Under the pieces are notes generated by a model. The model was given only the letters and a program-made list of their open reading frames with translations, searched no databases and was not told the origin of the DNA. Below are positions 1 through 13,448 of a DNA stretch of 64,000 bases, one piece after another (position 1 is the first letter of the stretch; each line of letters begins with the position of its first letter). The position numbers and the translations under genes are program-made. Source of the DNA: Moniliella sp. 'wahieum' (lineage: Eukaryota); NCBI GenBank assembly GCA_003971905.1, contig RSEE01000045.1:434001-498000 (forward strand), written 5' to 3'.

Positions 1-1753
1 CTCGAAGCACGGGGCCATGTCGCGCCACGTCTCCAGGCAGCCGTGGTCAAACGCCGGGCAGAAAATTTAGCTCGGTCCTATGCGTCCTTGCGGGCTCGCT
101 CCAAACGTCTTCGCACCGATGGTGCGACGTTCGTCTCTACTCCCGATGCGGCCCCGGGCACAGTGGAAGCCTTCCTGCAGCCCCAACAGACTTGGCCACC
201 GACCTGGCAAGGGCTCGAGACGAGGTTCTTCGCGCCCAAAAGGCGTGCTGGGCTGCAGAGGCTAGCTACTGCGATGCAGCTCTTGCTGCACAGGGCACGG
301 GGCCTGCTATGGCCGCCTACCGCCGGTTGATCTCCCTCTCTTGTGGGGGGTGCCGGTAGAGGAGGTGGACGCGGTGGTAGGAGCATTGGGTAGCATGCTG
401 GACCACTCTGGCGAGGCACCGGCGGCCATTTGAAGCTTCCAAGCTCCCGGTTTCAAGCTATAAGATTACTCATGGGGAAAACTTGAGAATGGGGAGGGGG
501 TGGTCCTTGGTAGGGCTCGTTCCTGGTGAGAGGGATTGTGGTTGTCGAGTGTGGGATGCCGAGGTTTCCAGACTGGGAGGTCGGAGGAATTCCCCACTAA
601 CAAGAGACTGGATTGAAGGGGTTGCAATAACCCCCCCCCCCTCTGTAACAGAGCATCCATTGAAGCCGTATTCGGTCTAGATTCGAGTTCTGGCAAGAGA
701 GAGGTGGGGAGGGGGCAATGGGGATGACGTTGATCCGATCTTCGGAGGATCAGGACGATGCGGGGGAGGAGGTTGGTATAGACCAGCGATCAGATCCCCG
801 ATCTCAGATCTCACTACGCCCGTTGTCCGGAGTACAATACAATTAAAATACGGACCCCACATATTCATCACCATCACCTGCATCACCAGCGTCACCGCCA
901 CTGCTCTCTTCTCTGCGTTTGAGTGCGCCAGCCCCAAACAGCCGAATGCGTGGCTATGGCCGAACCCGGGCCGGGGGCAAAGGCGTGCGATGCTGGCCAC
1001 AGACATGACGCGTGACGATCGGTGACGATCGATGAGAGGATGGTGATCATGACGAAATGTGTGGCAGCTGTCGATGACGGTGCGATGTGACATGTGACAT
1101 GTGAGATTGGTTGCTTCGTAGGACGGCGTTGTCCGCGTGCGGCCTCAGGGCCTCAGGATCCTAGTCCCACCGCGCATCACCTCGCACCGAGGCCAACCTG
1201 GCTGCGTCCATTGCAGGCCCCGAATGGCGACGCCGTGGTCTGGCCACACCAGGTGCTAGCTACGGCACTGCACTACACCCTCTTGTACCCGTCCTTCTGT
1301 CTCTCCTCTCTTGCGGCAGCGCATGAGAGAGCCATTATATCATGGGCTCGCGTACAACATAGAAGATTGCCCGCCCGAATCTCAGCGGCATGTTGAGGCG
1401 CAGCCGCCCGTGCGTGGATGCGCTCATGCCCTCCTGCCCGCACTCCTGCCCGCACTCTTTCGCTGCCCCCGAGCCCAGCGCCCGGGGCGGAGTGCCGGTT
1501 AGCGGTTAGCGTCCGTGCCCCATGCCAGCCAGCGTGCCCACGCAGTTGTGCTCCCCCAGCACGCTCAGCCTGTGCGCACCAGCCCCGATCCACATCCCCA
1601 GCGCATGACGTAAGTCCCCCGCACACTGGCGCCCTCCTGCTTGCACCATCCGCAGCGGGCCAATATATACCCCCCCACCCCTCTTCCTCATCCGTGGGGT
1701 TTCTCTCCCCCTAATACTACCTGCCCGCACAGCCACCGCGCCAGCCCCCAACC

Positions 1754-2910
1754 ATGCGCTTCTCCCCCATCGTCCGCTCCATCCCCCCCTCCGCCGGGCA
1801 CGTCCCCCCTACCCCGGCCAAGTCTCGCGCCCCCTCATCGCGGTCGTCGCCGCCGGCGCGGCAGCAGGCTATTGGTACTACACTGAGCCTGCGCGGCAGG
1901 TGCGTCACTCTCCTCCCCCCCCGGAAAACTCTGACTAACATTGACCATGCCCCCACCCAGGCCCGCGCCCAGGCTGAGGCGGAAGCCAAGGCTCGCGAAG
2001 CCCAGTCGGCCCTGACGAATGCGTGGCAGGACACCAAGAGTGCCGTGGCACGGGATGCGTCTGCCGCGTCCGACTGGGCTTCTAGCGCGGCCTCCTCTGC
2101 TTCGGGGCGGGTGAACCAAGATGTCAAGGCGGCTGGTGCCTCGATTCAGAATGCCACTTCGTCCATTACGGACGCAGTGGGGGACAAGTGGAAAGACGCG
2201 CAGAACAAGGCAGAGGATGGGGCGGAGCAGGCTCAAAGCTCCTGGTTCTCCTTCCAGCGGGGTGCTCAGCAAAAGGCCGAGGAGTCCCAAAGAAAGCCGA
2301 GGACCAGGCCAGCTCTTTCTCCAACCGCGTTTCCAATGGCCTAGCCGCAGCCTCGGATCAGGTCACCTCCACCGCCCACGCTGCCGAGGACAAGCTCAAA
2401 TCCGCCGCGTCTGCCGCCACCAACTCGGTGCGGGGCGCGTCTGACGATGCGAAGAAACAAGCTGAGGAACAGGCTGAGAATACCAAAAGTGCCTGGTTTT
2501 CCCCTCTAGTGACGCTCAGCAGAAGGCCAAGGAGGCGCAGAGCAAGGCAGAGGCAGAGGGCCATTCACTCAAGGACAGTGTCTCCCAGGGGTGGAACACC
2601 GTTTCTTCCCACGTTACGAATGACGTGTCTGCGGCCGGGGAGACACTGAAAAATGCGGCCACGAGCGTGAAGGATACGGTTACCGGCGCTTCGACCGAAG
2701 CTCATCCACGCGCCCGGAGGAAGCAGAGAAGGCCAAGAACTCCTGGTGGTCGTGGGGACAGGATGTGAAACGACCTCCTCGGACGCCGGTACCGCAGCCA
2801 AGAACACCCTGTCTTCCGCCACGGAGCAGGCCTCAGCCACCGCCCAGGGTATTGACCAGAGCATTCACCCCGAGCAAAAGAAGAGCTCGTGGCTCCCTTG
2901 GAAAAACTAG
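1754..2910 (+). CDS. LEA-like Ala/Lys/Ser-rich repeat protein with a basic N-terminus and one hydrophobic anchor; frameshifted
   Basis: ATG at 1754 (MRFSPIVRSI...). A shifted frame gives AVVAAGAAAGYWYY before intron 1900-1960 (GTGCGT..CTAAC..CAG). Helical repeats end in SSWFS, SAWFS and NSWWSW. C-terminus KKSSWLPWKN*, TAG at 2908-2910. Confidence 0.6.
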
Positions 2911-3738
2911 GTCCGCGTTCCCCGAGACACAGTACGGTTGGTGCATTTGTATGCGGACCGTTATGATTGCCCACCGTCTCGTATAAAATGCGTACAGCAA
3001 TGGATCGATTAATCGTATCTGGGGCGTAAGGACGGCGATTGGATGTGAAGGTTCTATATACAGGTCATGTGGTTAGGTGTGTTCGCTGGGCGGGCGATGG
3101 CAAGGAGATGATATGCCACTTTCAATATAGAGAGTGAGGTTGTGCGGTGGACTCCTGTCATGGCCCTCTCACCATCGCATCCGCAGCGGTGGCGGTAATG
3201 GTCGAAGTCGACCAATGGCACTTACAGGGGCGTCGGCAAGCAGGCGCCACCGGGCCCGGCAGCGGAACGAGGAAAACAGAAGCGGGATTGAATTCGTCGC
3301 AGCACCTAAGGCTGAAGTTTGAAAGAGAGGGACTATAAGGGATCTTTTGGCCAGAAGCACGAATCTTCCACCACGGGGCTCGACAACTGGTTGAGCTGTG
3401 AACCATGCGAACCGGTCCATCTCAACTCCCAACCTCGCAGGAATCAGTTCTGGTTGATGAAATCGTCGATGACCAGGCCGCAGATATGCCGGGGGGAACG
3501 GGGCCCTGTGGCCTGAGGGCATGCCTAAGCGATGGGATGGAAGAGCGGCATATTTTGCGGTTGAAGTGGTTGCGTTTGCTGGCGGCGGGGCGTTGCTGAC
3601 CTAAGCGAGCACGGCCCCACGGGGGCCATGTGACGAACTCTGGCTGGTTATTAAACGGGGGGTTCGCCAGCGGTCCTCGCCTCAACGTCAACGTTCAACA
3701 CTTGTCGTTCCCGTTTCCTCCACGCCGCTGTCGATACA

Positions 3739-4563
3739 ATGGCCTCTGCCTTCCGCACTGCTGGGCGCAAGATCGTCGCGTACGTCGCCTCTTCCCCCCC
3801 CCATGCTCTGCTGACCCATGCCTAAGCATTGGACGCAACTATGCCGACCATGCCAAAGAGCTGGGCAACGCGGTTCCCAAGGAGCCCTTCTTCTTCCTCA
3901 AGCCCACCACCTCCTACGTCGACACTCCCGGTGTGTGGAGATCCCGCAAGGCGTCAAGGCTCATTACGAAGGTCCGTTCTTCTCCATCCCCACCCTCTGC
4001 CTCTGCCTCTGCCTCCTTCTCCTGCTTGCGCCTTGTGTGGCCAATGATCTGACCTCCTCCCAGTCGAGCTGGGCGTTGTGATTGGCAAGACGGGGCGGGA
4101 CATCCCTATGGCCAAGGCCAATGAGTACATTGGTGGGTACACCTTGGCCATCGACATGACGGCGCGCAACCTACAGGACAAGGTCAAGGCCAAGGGTCTC
4201 CCTTGGAGCGCAGCCAAGGGCTTTGACACGTTCACTCCGGTCGCTCCTTATCTGCCTGTGAGCGCCATTCCCGACCCTCACAATGTCCGTCTCTGGCTCA
4301 AGGTCAATGGGGAGACGCGCCAGGACGGTGTAAGCAAGGACATGATCTTCTCCATCCCCCGGCTTATTGAACACGTGTCTTCCATCATGACCCTCGAGGT
4401 GGGCGACTTGCTTCTCACTGGTACCCCCAAGGGGGTGGGACAGGTGAATCCCGGTGACGAGATCACCGCCGGCCTCGAGCTCCCTCAGGCACCGGGCAAA
4501 GTCCTGTCCGAACTCAAGTTCGCCGTGCAGCAGCGCCAAGGCGGCTACGTCTTTAGCGACTAA
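3739..4563 (+). CDS. FMP41: Fumarylacetoacetate hydrolase family protein (FAHD1/Fmp41-like)
   Basis: Splicing introns 3780-3826 and 3972-4063 gives MASAFRTAGRKIVAIGRNYADHAKEL...FFFLKPTTS...HYEVELGVVIGK...DMTARNLQ...PWSAAKGFDTFTP...GDLLLTGTPKGVG. One indel near 3935. Confidence 0.92.
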
Positions 4564-5195
4564 GCAGCGCCAGGGTATGTGGCGTTTCTATGCCCAACCT
4601 TCAATTGGCATTGCCCTCCCCGATCTGAAGAGAGTGGGACATCGACCGATTGATAACCATGTTAATCAGGCAACAGATGCACAAGATTGCCCTGGGTGGC
4701 GTCTGCTTCTCTTTGTTACCCTTGTAGTGTGTACATTTGTTTACAGACAACTTGCGAGTTCGGGCGTTGGGTTTCAGAGTGAGTTTGGCTTGCCACTGAC
4801 GCTGCATCTATCTCCCCGCTGTAATGCCCGGGCGGCCTCGGGACTCGGCTACGACAACCGAAGTGGTATTCCAACTTCACTGGACGCTTGAACTAAAGGG
4901 CCTGCGCCCCTGAGCCTGAGGCTTTTCCCCTTCATTCGCGAGATTGGAAGGATTCACTGACTGATAGTGGATTCGAGTCAGTACTGACACAGGGGGGGAG
5001 GGGAGTTGATTCCATTTCCCGGCATAGTCTCGAGATGAACAAAATGGCTCACTCCCAAGTCCAAGCCTATAGCCGCGCAACGCGCATGATTCCCTGATGC
5101 TCTGAACACTGTTATGGCTGCCCCTGTCGCGTATTTTGACCGAGTACGGCATGCCAGCCTCTCCATCCCGTTAGCGTAAGAGCAACACTGTAGAT

Positions 5196-6225
5196 TCACG
5201 TAGGCTTCTTGCCGTCCTTGGGCTTGGCCCGCCCCATGCTACTCGCACCTCCTTTTCATCGAGATGAACTTTGACTGCGGCGCGCAGCGCGGCGGCCTCG
5301 GCATCGGCTCGGGTTTTGAAGTTGACAAAGGCGCATTTGGACGCCTTGACCAACGTGATGCTCCGAATCGATTCCGGGCGAAGGGAAGGGGTCGTGGTGA
5401 CAAAGTAGGTCCGGATCGTATCCTCCGTCGTAGCCTCCGCCAAGCCCGAGAGGAAAAGGGACCGGATACTCTTGTCCTCCGGCGGACTGAGACCCATCTG
5501 TTCTTGGTGCCGCCCCAGCATCTTCTTGGCTGCTGGATCGTTCTTGCCAAAGTACCGATCCTTCATATTATGTCGCCCGCCATCAACCTCCTCCTTGGTC
5601 TGAGGCAGTTCGTGCAGGTAGGGACAAGCGTCCCCGCGGTTGCAGGTTCCCTTGGCAAAAAAGGAGCAAAGGTGCGGACGGTTGCGCTTGTACCCAGGAC
5701 CGGCATGGGCGCGCGCGAAAGTTCCTTCAACAACTCGTGGCCGGCACCGCGGTGCTTCGATCCAGAGATAGCGAGGGCACGTTGTCCCGGTGCCTCTAGT
5801 GCCTCCCTTCCCTCTGGAAGCGCTGCACTGCCCCCCAGCTGGTCCTCGATCCCTTGTACATAGTACTGCGTGTTGGTCGTGTTGCCCGACGGCATGGCCG
5901 TCTTCATCCCCAGCGCCGCATCGCGTACCTGCACCGGCAGCCCGTACTCCAAGTCCAGCAGACACGTCTGACACACATTCTTGATCTTTGCACAGGTCGT
6001 ACAGATCTCCGTCCGCTTTTGCCGCATCCCGGCCCCAGGCGTCCAGCGGAACATGGTAAATGTCCGCTCGCAGATCTGCACCCGCCGTCAGTTCCAATTC
6101 GCCACCACGAAGGCAGGAGAACGTACCTTGCACTCCCCACCGTCAGCCTGCTTGCTCATCCGTACATACGGGTTCGGACCCAGGCACGTCTCGCACAGAA
6201 TGGGCATGTCGGGCACATCGGTCAT
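5196..6225 (-). CDS. SLT11: Pre-mRNA splicing factor Slt11/Ecm2/RBM22 (zinc fingers, CCCH, RRM)
   Basis: [16 protein letters not shown], intron 6126-6076, [62 protein letters not shown], and RRM CAFVNF...VAWG. Several frameshifts. Confidence 0.93.
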
Positions 6226-7142
6226 CTTGCTGGAGACGATGGTGGTGGCGTCAAGTCGAGGTTGCTCCGACGATTCGCCGTCTAGTTTTTTCGTTCGAGG
6301 CCCAGGACATACCGGGAAATTGCAATTTCAATATGAGCACGTGACCGGACTCAGTTTCCGTCTGCATTCCTACGGAAGGGCGGCAATGATGCGCTGTTGT
6401 GCGGGCTATTCGACTGTACTGCAGCACATATGCGGCTTGACGTGTTGACGAAGCCAAGGTGGTTCATGATCAACAGATGGACGCCATGCCTGTGGTCCAA
6501 GAATGATTGAAGAGTATATGAGCTGTGTGTAGTGTCTGTGGAATCAAGAGAGTGTGAGAGAGAAGAAAACGAGAATATTGAAAAAGGCATAATATCAGAG
6601 AGAGCCTTCGGTGTGACGGGGGGATGGTGGAGCAGAGGGATAAGGGATGAGGGATGAGGATGTCGTCTCGCATCGCCCAGACGCGCTGAAAGGATGGCGT
6701 GCGGACATACAAAAGGGAAACAGAACTCATGCGGCATGCTGAAAACGGTGAAGATAACTAAACATGGGGTGAGAAGAGAAAGCATATATTACCTCACGTT
6801 TGGTGTGTTCATGTGGGTGCTGTTGTTGCGCCAGATTAGCCTGAAGAAGTTTCTCAGTGGAAAAAAGGCGAGATAGAGAAGCACAGGGGGTCGGGGGGGG
6901 GGAGGCGAGGGGGGATAGAGAAGAATGCACAAGGAAGAAGGATGGCCTTTCAAGAGGATGGGAAGAGACAAAGAATGAAAACAACTGACAAGCATGCTCA
7001 AACGGCCCACCCTTACTTACATCCTAAAAGAAACGTAAAAGAGGCCAAAAGGGAATAGTACTAGTAGTACTTGTAAGGCCACCGCCCTCCAATGGAAAGC
7101 ATCCTCGCAAAAAGGCATGTTGAGATCAGCACTCTCACCCCC

Positions 7143-8525
7143 TCACCAACGTCTCCATCCCGCTCGCTTCAACAACCGCTCCACCGCCGGCCCAATCACC
7201 TTCAAATCCCCTGTTTGCGCGGAGGCACGTGCCCACCGTCAAACTCAATGACCTCGCACTGTGTGGGTCACACAAGCTTGCCAGCTTGTACCCTTCATAT
7301 CGCGCCCCGTCCAGACGCCCAATCAGGTGGAGGGTCGGGACAGTGATCAGGCGTCCTGGCAACAGAAGGGAAGTTGACCTGCATTAGTCTGTGCATACTG
7401 GGCCCCGCCACGCGCAGGAAACGGACGGCTGCCACTGAGGGTATATATACGGTGAGCGAATGTAATCAAAGGGCGCATGAACTGGGCAGCACATACAGAT
7501 GAAGATGACAAATTTAGGCAACGGTCCCATTAGGTTCACATGGCCCAGGGACTCGGCCGCGGCCCGCTGAAGAAGATATCCCGCCATGACAGCGCACCCC
7601 TGGGAAAAGCAAACTGCTCCATCGTAGCTCTGCCCTTCTGGGGCTTGAGAAGCGAATGGGTTCGCCGTTTCCCACTGTGGCACACAACTTTGGACCAAAG
7701 CGGGACGGAGCCGAGAAGCAGTACGAAGTCGGGTTTGGGGCGACGCAGGCGAGTGCAGCGGCGGTGGTTCGTTATCCATGTTGGGATCGGGGCCAAAGGA
7801 TACACGCTTTTTATTGATTTGAAGCTTGCTCAGTGAGTTGCGGCTCAGGAGAGGAGGGCTGCGTTCGCGTGGAGGGGACTTGGATGAAGGGTGGTTACTT
7901 CGGTCCCATGACTGCCCCCACTCGCGCGGCTGGATTGGCTTGAGACGGTACTTTGATCTGCAAGGCCATGGTGAAACGGATGAAACATGTCCAAGGAGCG
8001 GAAATCATCCGGAGCAAGGGCGCGTCGGAAAAGGAGAAGGAGAGTCCACCAGCCAGTGGGATGGGCATGGATGTTGAGCGCGGTGGAATGAAGAGGCCAG
8101 GAGGATAGTCTTCCTCGTCGGGGTCGCCGCCATTGTGAAGCGGTCGGCAACAGGAAGAGGCGAAGCGGGCGGGGGAGTATGGAAGTGGGTGCGTGAACTG
8201 CGCGGGGCGCGGGCGGGGTGAGGAGTGCCTGGAGGTGTGCGTGAGCCTGGCGAATGGTGTGGGGGCTAGGGGTGTGGTACCATGCATGGTAGGTGTGGCG
8301 CGCGGGGGGAAAGAAGGCCTCGAGGCCGTGGTAGGGCGGTGCGGCGAGGGGGGCATCGACGTAGACGAGGTGAGGTGCGAGGCAAGTATGGCGGGCAAGC
8401 GCAGTCAGCTGGGCACGCATAATGGTGCCCGATGCGCCCTTGCCGTGCAGCGCGAGCACACGCCGCTCGGCATGCGGCGGGGGCGGGGCGAATGACGAGG
8501 CAGAGGCGGGCATGAACGGCAGCAT
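7143..8525 (-). CDS. FSH1/OVCA2-family serine hydrolase
   Basis: RVLALHGKGASGTIMRAQL, YDGAVCFSQG (nucleophile near 7600), PKFVIFI, probable intron about 7497-7437, VPTLHLIGRLD and FDGGHVPP. Ser-Asp-His triad motifs occur in order across shifted frames. Confidence 0.8.
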
Positions 8526-9560
8526 GGCGCACAGGCAGGGCACAATCTCGGGGCGTAGGAGTCTCCACAGGCCAGCGGGACGGGGGCGAAGGAGGCGGGG
8601 TTGGGAGGCTGTGGGAGAACAGAGCAAGAGCGGCAGAAGGCGGGGGGGGGGGGGAAGGCGGCGAGCAGAGGGGTGGTGGGGCGGCGGAGGCCGTGTGTGC
8701 GGTGGATACGATATACACTCTGTCGCCAATCAGCCCCTGTGTGTGCTGTGCGGCGGGGTATGTGCGGGGGCTCTGCGGTGTGCTGAGGGGAAGATGCAGA
8801 GGCGCTGGGGGGCGGTCTGCTCCGGGTGGGCTGCTGCGCAGAGCAGCTGGCGTGGGCTGGGACAGCCGAGCACTCCCGTCCGTGCCGCTTCCCTGCAAGC
8901 GTAGCCATCAGGCCCGCAGCCCCCCATCCTGCCTGCGCCGACGCACAAGTGTATTCTCCACACACTACAAGCGAGCCAACCGGTATTAAAGTGTCGTGTC
9001 CTATTTACCCCGTGCATATACTGCAGCGATCAGCGCGTGACCTGTCACCCGCTCACCCGTCACGTCGCCCCACCTCCGAAGCGGCTCTTCTTTGGGCCTT
9101 CCCTCGTCCATATGTACAGCCCACCACAGCGCCCCCGCCCCCAAGGAACAACGTTGCCATGATGAAATGGCGATGGCCGATGGCCATGATGTCGATGATG
9201 ACGGTCATGACGAGGAAAATGCCCTTGATATGACGATGCCCTGCTGTGTGGTGCCGTGCGGCGGTGCACCTCTGAGCGCTCTGTCTGAGCTCTCATCTCC
9301 ACACCATACGCATGTCTCCGTAAGCGTGTGTAAGCCGTCCTCAGTTTGCTTGCCTCTCTTCTTACGACGAACTCTGATTATAGATTTCCCGGTAACCTTA
9401 GAAGCGCACATCAGTTGCACTCCGGTTTGCCGCCAACAGCATCACGGAGGCTCGTTGATTCCTCCTTTCTGTGGTTTTGGGTGGCAATGCCACATCGAAC
9501 CCATTGCCACATCCCTTGAAGGATCACCGTACGCATCCACAAGATCCTTCTTGACAAAAA

Positions 9561-9644
9561 GGGGTCCGCCCGGGATCGAACCGAGGACCACCTCTACGAG
9601 TTAACCAACCCTAAAGAGGCATGATACCACTACACCACGAACCC
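9561..9644 (-). tRNA. tRNA-Pro(AGG) with a 12-nt intron
   Basis: Minus strand reads GGGTTCG TGGTGTAGTGGTATCATG CCTCT TT AGG G [TTGGTTAACTCG] T AGAGG TGGTC CTCGGTTCGATCCCGGG CGGACCC C, followed by a T5 terminator. Confidence 0.93.
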
Positions 9645-10379
9645 GCTGTGTCCTGCTCTTGGGCATTGTAGATCCTGCCCACTATACGATGCAAACCGGC
9701 GGTTTTCCCTGAACCTCACTTTTCATGCCCAATACGATTGCAGGGAAGGCTCTACCGACTGCCCTGGGGTGGCTGCAGAGGTGCTTGCTGTTTTTCGGCC
9801 GCACATGCAGTGTGTGTGGATGTAGGGCGTGCGGCGGCGCGACGCGGCCAAAGTGGGCGGATTCGGCGGCACGGCACAGAACTGAGCCTTCGGCGGCAGG
9901 GACCGAAGGGTGCATTCAATTTCATCTTCCGCAGTGCACCAGCGCCAGCGCTGTCTGCGCGCATCAGTGTATCAGCTCAGACTGCGTACTGAGTACGTCT
10001 CCAGACGAGCGACGAGCAGCGCTGGCGCCGCTCGTGTTCTTGCATACCGCAGACCAGGGTTCCTCTCAACGATCATCTCAAGCTTGGGCCCAGCTCCAAG
10101 CCCCCCGCTGGGTCTGGGTCGCTGCGCTCCCAGATCAGACGCGCGCGTGCTTCTGGCATGGATGGCCAGCGACCCAGACGAGCGATGATGCCAGCTGCCG
10201 ATGATCATCGGCCACGCGCGTCACGGCTGGCCACTTGCTGCGTCCAATGCGGTGCTCACGCATCGCACTGTCAGTTGCATGCATGTGTGCACGCCCGTCG
10301 CCTCGTCTTTGGCAGTTCCATCCGTCATCGACCATCCTCCCCTTCCTCCACCATCTTCGGTCGTCTCTTGCACCCCGGC

Positions 10380-13210
10380 ATGGCAAGGAGAGCACGCTAC
10401 TCCATCGACCTGTCCTACTCTGGCGCCCCCCTGGGACCAGACATTCTCCGCCCTCGGTCTTCCCGCTCTGGTGATGCCGACGAGCCTCCCGCCGCCCTAC
10501 CTTCTTCGGCCCCGCCTCCCACCTCTCCTCCCCACAACCTCCCGTATTAGAGGCCTACGACCCCAAAGCCGCAGACGATGCCTCTACCATTCCTCACTCA
10601 TGTTCTGATGCTGCACTTTCGCTTCCCTGGGGTAGCCCACCCGCGCCTGTAAACCATGCGCTGGGTTACACGTCTTCCAGCTCGGCTGACTCCCACGGTA
10701 CCTTTGGAGAAGAAGAAGAGCCCCCTCCCGCTGCTCCGCTCCGACACGTTCATCGCGGCCGCCCTAGCCGCGTCCCGCCCGCGATTTTACCTTTTGCGCC
10801 GGATGTGCAGTCGTTGCCTATTATGCCGCGCCGTGCTCGCCCACGCGCCTTCCATGGCGCTGCTCGTCCCTTCACCTTCCCTGCACCTCCCCCCCCACCC
10901 CTGCCCGGAGGGTCTCGCGACCCCAACGTGGACACCAAATTGGAATGAGCGTCGCCGACGTTCTCGCTGAGCTCAAGGGGGTGGAGGATGATGAAACGGA
11001 GGAACCTTTTGGGCACGTGGTGTCTCCAAGCTCAACCAGCTCTCCGAGCGAGACGAGGAGAGTTCGGACGCTTCACGCGACCCAGAACAGCCCCTTTCGG
11101 ACGAAGCAAAGGTATGCTCAACTTTGGTGGAGAGCGCGCCCCCTAGCGAGCCCGCCAATCTTTCTTTGCAGGGTGACACCAGTTTCCCGACCGTGACTGA
11201 GGAGACTATGCCCTCTCTTCCTCTCCCATGCGGCGGGACGGCAGTGAAGCTTGCCCTGTCCGGCCATGCCATCACAGGGCACACTTGGCTAGCCTCTGCC
11301 CGAAACAGCTCCAATCTTGAGGCTGCGCGTCCTAATTCAGACACAGACCACGGTCAACACAACGCCCATCAAGACAAAGTCCCAGATCATGCTCCAGCCC
11401 CCGACATGGACACCATCCACGCACCAACTCTTGTGAAGGAACCCCAACTGGCTGTAGCCCACGAACCTGACTCTGCATGTAATCACGGTCACCACGACGT
11501 CGTTTCTACGAACCAGCCTGCCACCGACGAAGCGGATCCCACGGAGAGTATGACCACGTTTCTGACGGACCAGATGGACCGGAGCATCGATCAGCATATG
11601 AATGCGGTTGTGAGCGCTATCCATTCGCTTGACTCGCCTTCCTCGTTGCCTCCAGAGAGCGATTTGGACTCCCCTCTATGTCCTGGTCCCACCCTTTCGG
11701 AGCTGAAGCGATTGCAGGCAATTGTCGGGGATGGCCTGCGGTCCCGGATCGTTGAACTGGTCAGTGTCTCTCACAAGTTCGATCTTCCTCCCAACGTCTT
11801 GGACGAGATCGTGGCGCGCATACAACGTGCTGCGTTGCCAAATCTAAACGCAGTGGGGCAGCAGGTGGCCGAATTGGTGCGCACAGAGGTATCCACTTTA
11901 TCACAAGAACTGGTCCAAGCTGCCGAGACCAGGCAGCCACAGCCTGTCTACCTTGCTCCTATCGACCTTGCTTCTATCCTTCAGGCTTTGTGTGACAGGC
12001 ACCTCACCCCACTCTTTACACCCTTGAAGAAACACCCCCTTACCCTTCTGGATCAAACTAAGGACTTGGAGCATCTGATGAAGAGCCTTCAGCAGTTGGA
12101 TCGCCTCCCCCAGGAACTGACTCATTCCGCTATGGAGACGAAGGATTGGCACTCCCAGATCTTGGATCAGCTCTCTCGCCTGACCCCCTCCTCCGTGCTA
12201 AATGCAAAAGAGGGGAACGAGGAGCGCATCGTACTCCAAGATCAGCTTAGGGAACAACAAACCCTGCTCAAATTGACTCGAGCTGAGTTGGCAGCTGAGC
12301 GGGATTACCCCCTCTCTTGTTGAGGATCTGGAGAAATGCCGAGCCCGCTCCACCTCCTTGGAAGCCCGGCTGGCCCAGGCCCAGTCGGAGTTGGTCTGCG
12401 AACGTGGGCGTGCACTCCAGGCGGCGGAGAGTGAGCGGGAAATGGAGCAGAAATTGCAGAAGCTCCATGTGCTTCAGGTTGCCTCGCAGGGTAAAGTAGA
12501 GCGCCTGACCCATGCATTGCAGGATGCTAGGCGCTGCACCGAGGAAGCGAAGCACGATGCCCAGTCCTCTGTCCGCACGTGGGATGAGGACCGCAGCTCT
12601 TACCAAGACGAAATCGAGGCACTGCGAGGACAGTGCAAGCACTTTGAATCCGCCGCCGAGCAAGCGAGACTCACGTCTTACTCTCTCTCTCCGCGTAGAA
12701 GAGTTACAGTCGCTTGCCTCTGAGCGCCAGCTCACTCTTTCTCACCAAGAGGGTGCCAACGACCACCTCTCTACGCGCCTTGCGCAACAAGATACCCACA
12801 TCGCACATCTCACCTCAGAACTTGCAGCTATGCGTCAAGCTTTCCCAGTACCAGTTGCCTTCTACGACCTGCACCGTTCAACATCCCCCCATCGCATATC
12901 CTTTGAACACCACACCCTCTTTGCCCTAGACTCTGCCCCGTCCAAGGTTGATGATGCCACCTCTACGACCCTTACCAACCCCGTTCCGATAAGAGAAGAG
13001 GTACGCCCCCCTCCCCTCCATTCCTTCCTCACCGCGCGGTCTGTTCTGACCCACTTGCCCAGTTCCCCCCAGCCCCCTCTTATCCCTCCCTTGAAACTGG
13101 TCCGGTTTGTTACGCCCCAGCCCTCTCCGCCCCCGTTCTCTTCCCCACCCACGTCTTCCTCCCATGACTTGTCCCAAGCGGACGAGGATGAGGATGGGTG
13201 GTGGTCGTAA
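10380..13210 (+). CDS. Large hypothetical protein, low-complexity N-terminus and long coiled-coil C-terminal half; frameshifted
   Basis: Consecutive + ORFs (MARRARYSIDLSY from 10380, then 10945, 11124-12323, 12358-12723, 12512-13210) with L/E/Q-rich heptad-like runs, ending DEDEDGWWS*. The start codon is uncertain. Confidence 0.6.
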
Positions 13211-13344
13211 ATGCTCCGCTATCTGCTGAGGGGCTGAAGTGCCTGCCAAGCCAACCAATATACCTTGAATCTTGCATGCATTGTGCCTGCTCCTGGTTGC
13301 ATGATCGATGATCGTAGTTTGGTCGCCCAACCCAGCCGCTCGTG

Positions 13345-13448
13345 GGAGTAGTGACGCAGCGGTTAGCGTGTGAGATTGCAATGAGCTCAAGTGCGGCAGC
13401 CTTGATCGCATCATCTTGAAGTCGTTGGTTCGAGTCCGACCTACTCCT
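13345..13448 (+). tRNA. tRNA-Cys(GCA) with a 31-nt intron (13382-13412)
   Basis: Acceptor stem GGAGTAG/CTACTCC, D arm ACGC..GCGT, anticodon GCA at 13378-13380, T arm GTTGG TTCGAGT CCGAC, U73 discriminator typical of Cys, then a T-run. Confidence 0.92.

Noticed and set aside
1..420. ORFs at the window start
   Set aside because: No recognisable domain. Possibly a truncated minus-strand gene, but unsupported.
7143..8525. FSH1 hydrolase as a marker of a polyketide cluster (LovG-like)
   Set aside because: No PKS, NRPS or tailoring genes in the window; the neighbours are housekeeping genes.
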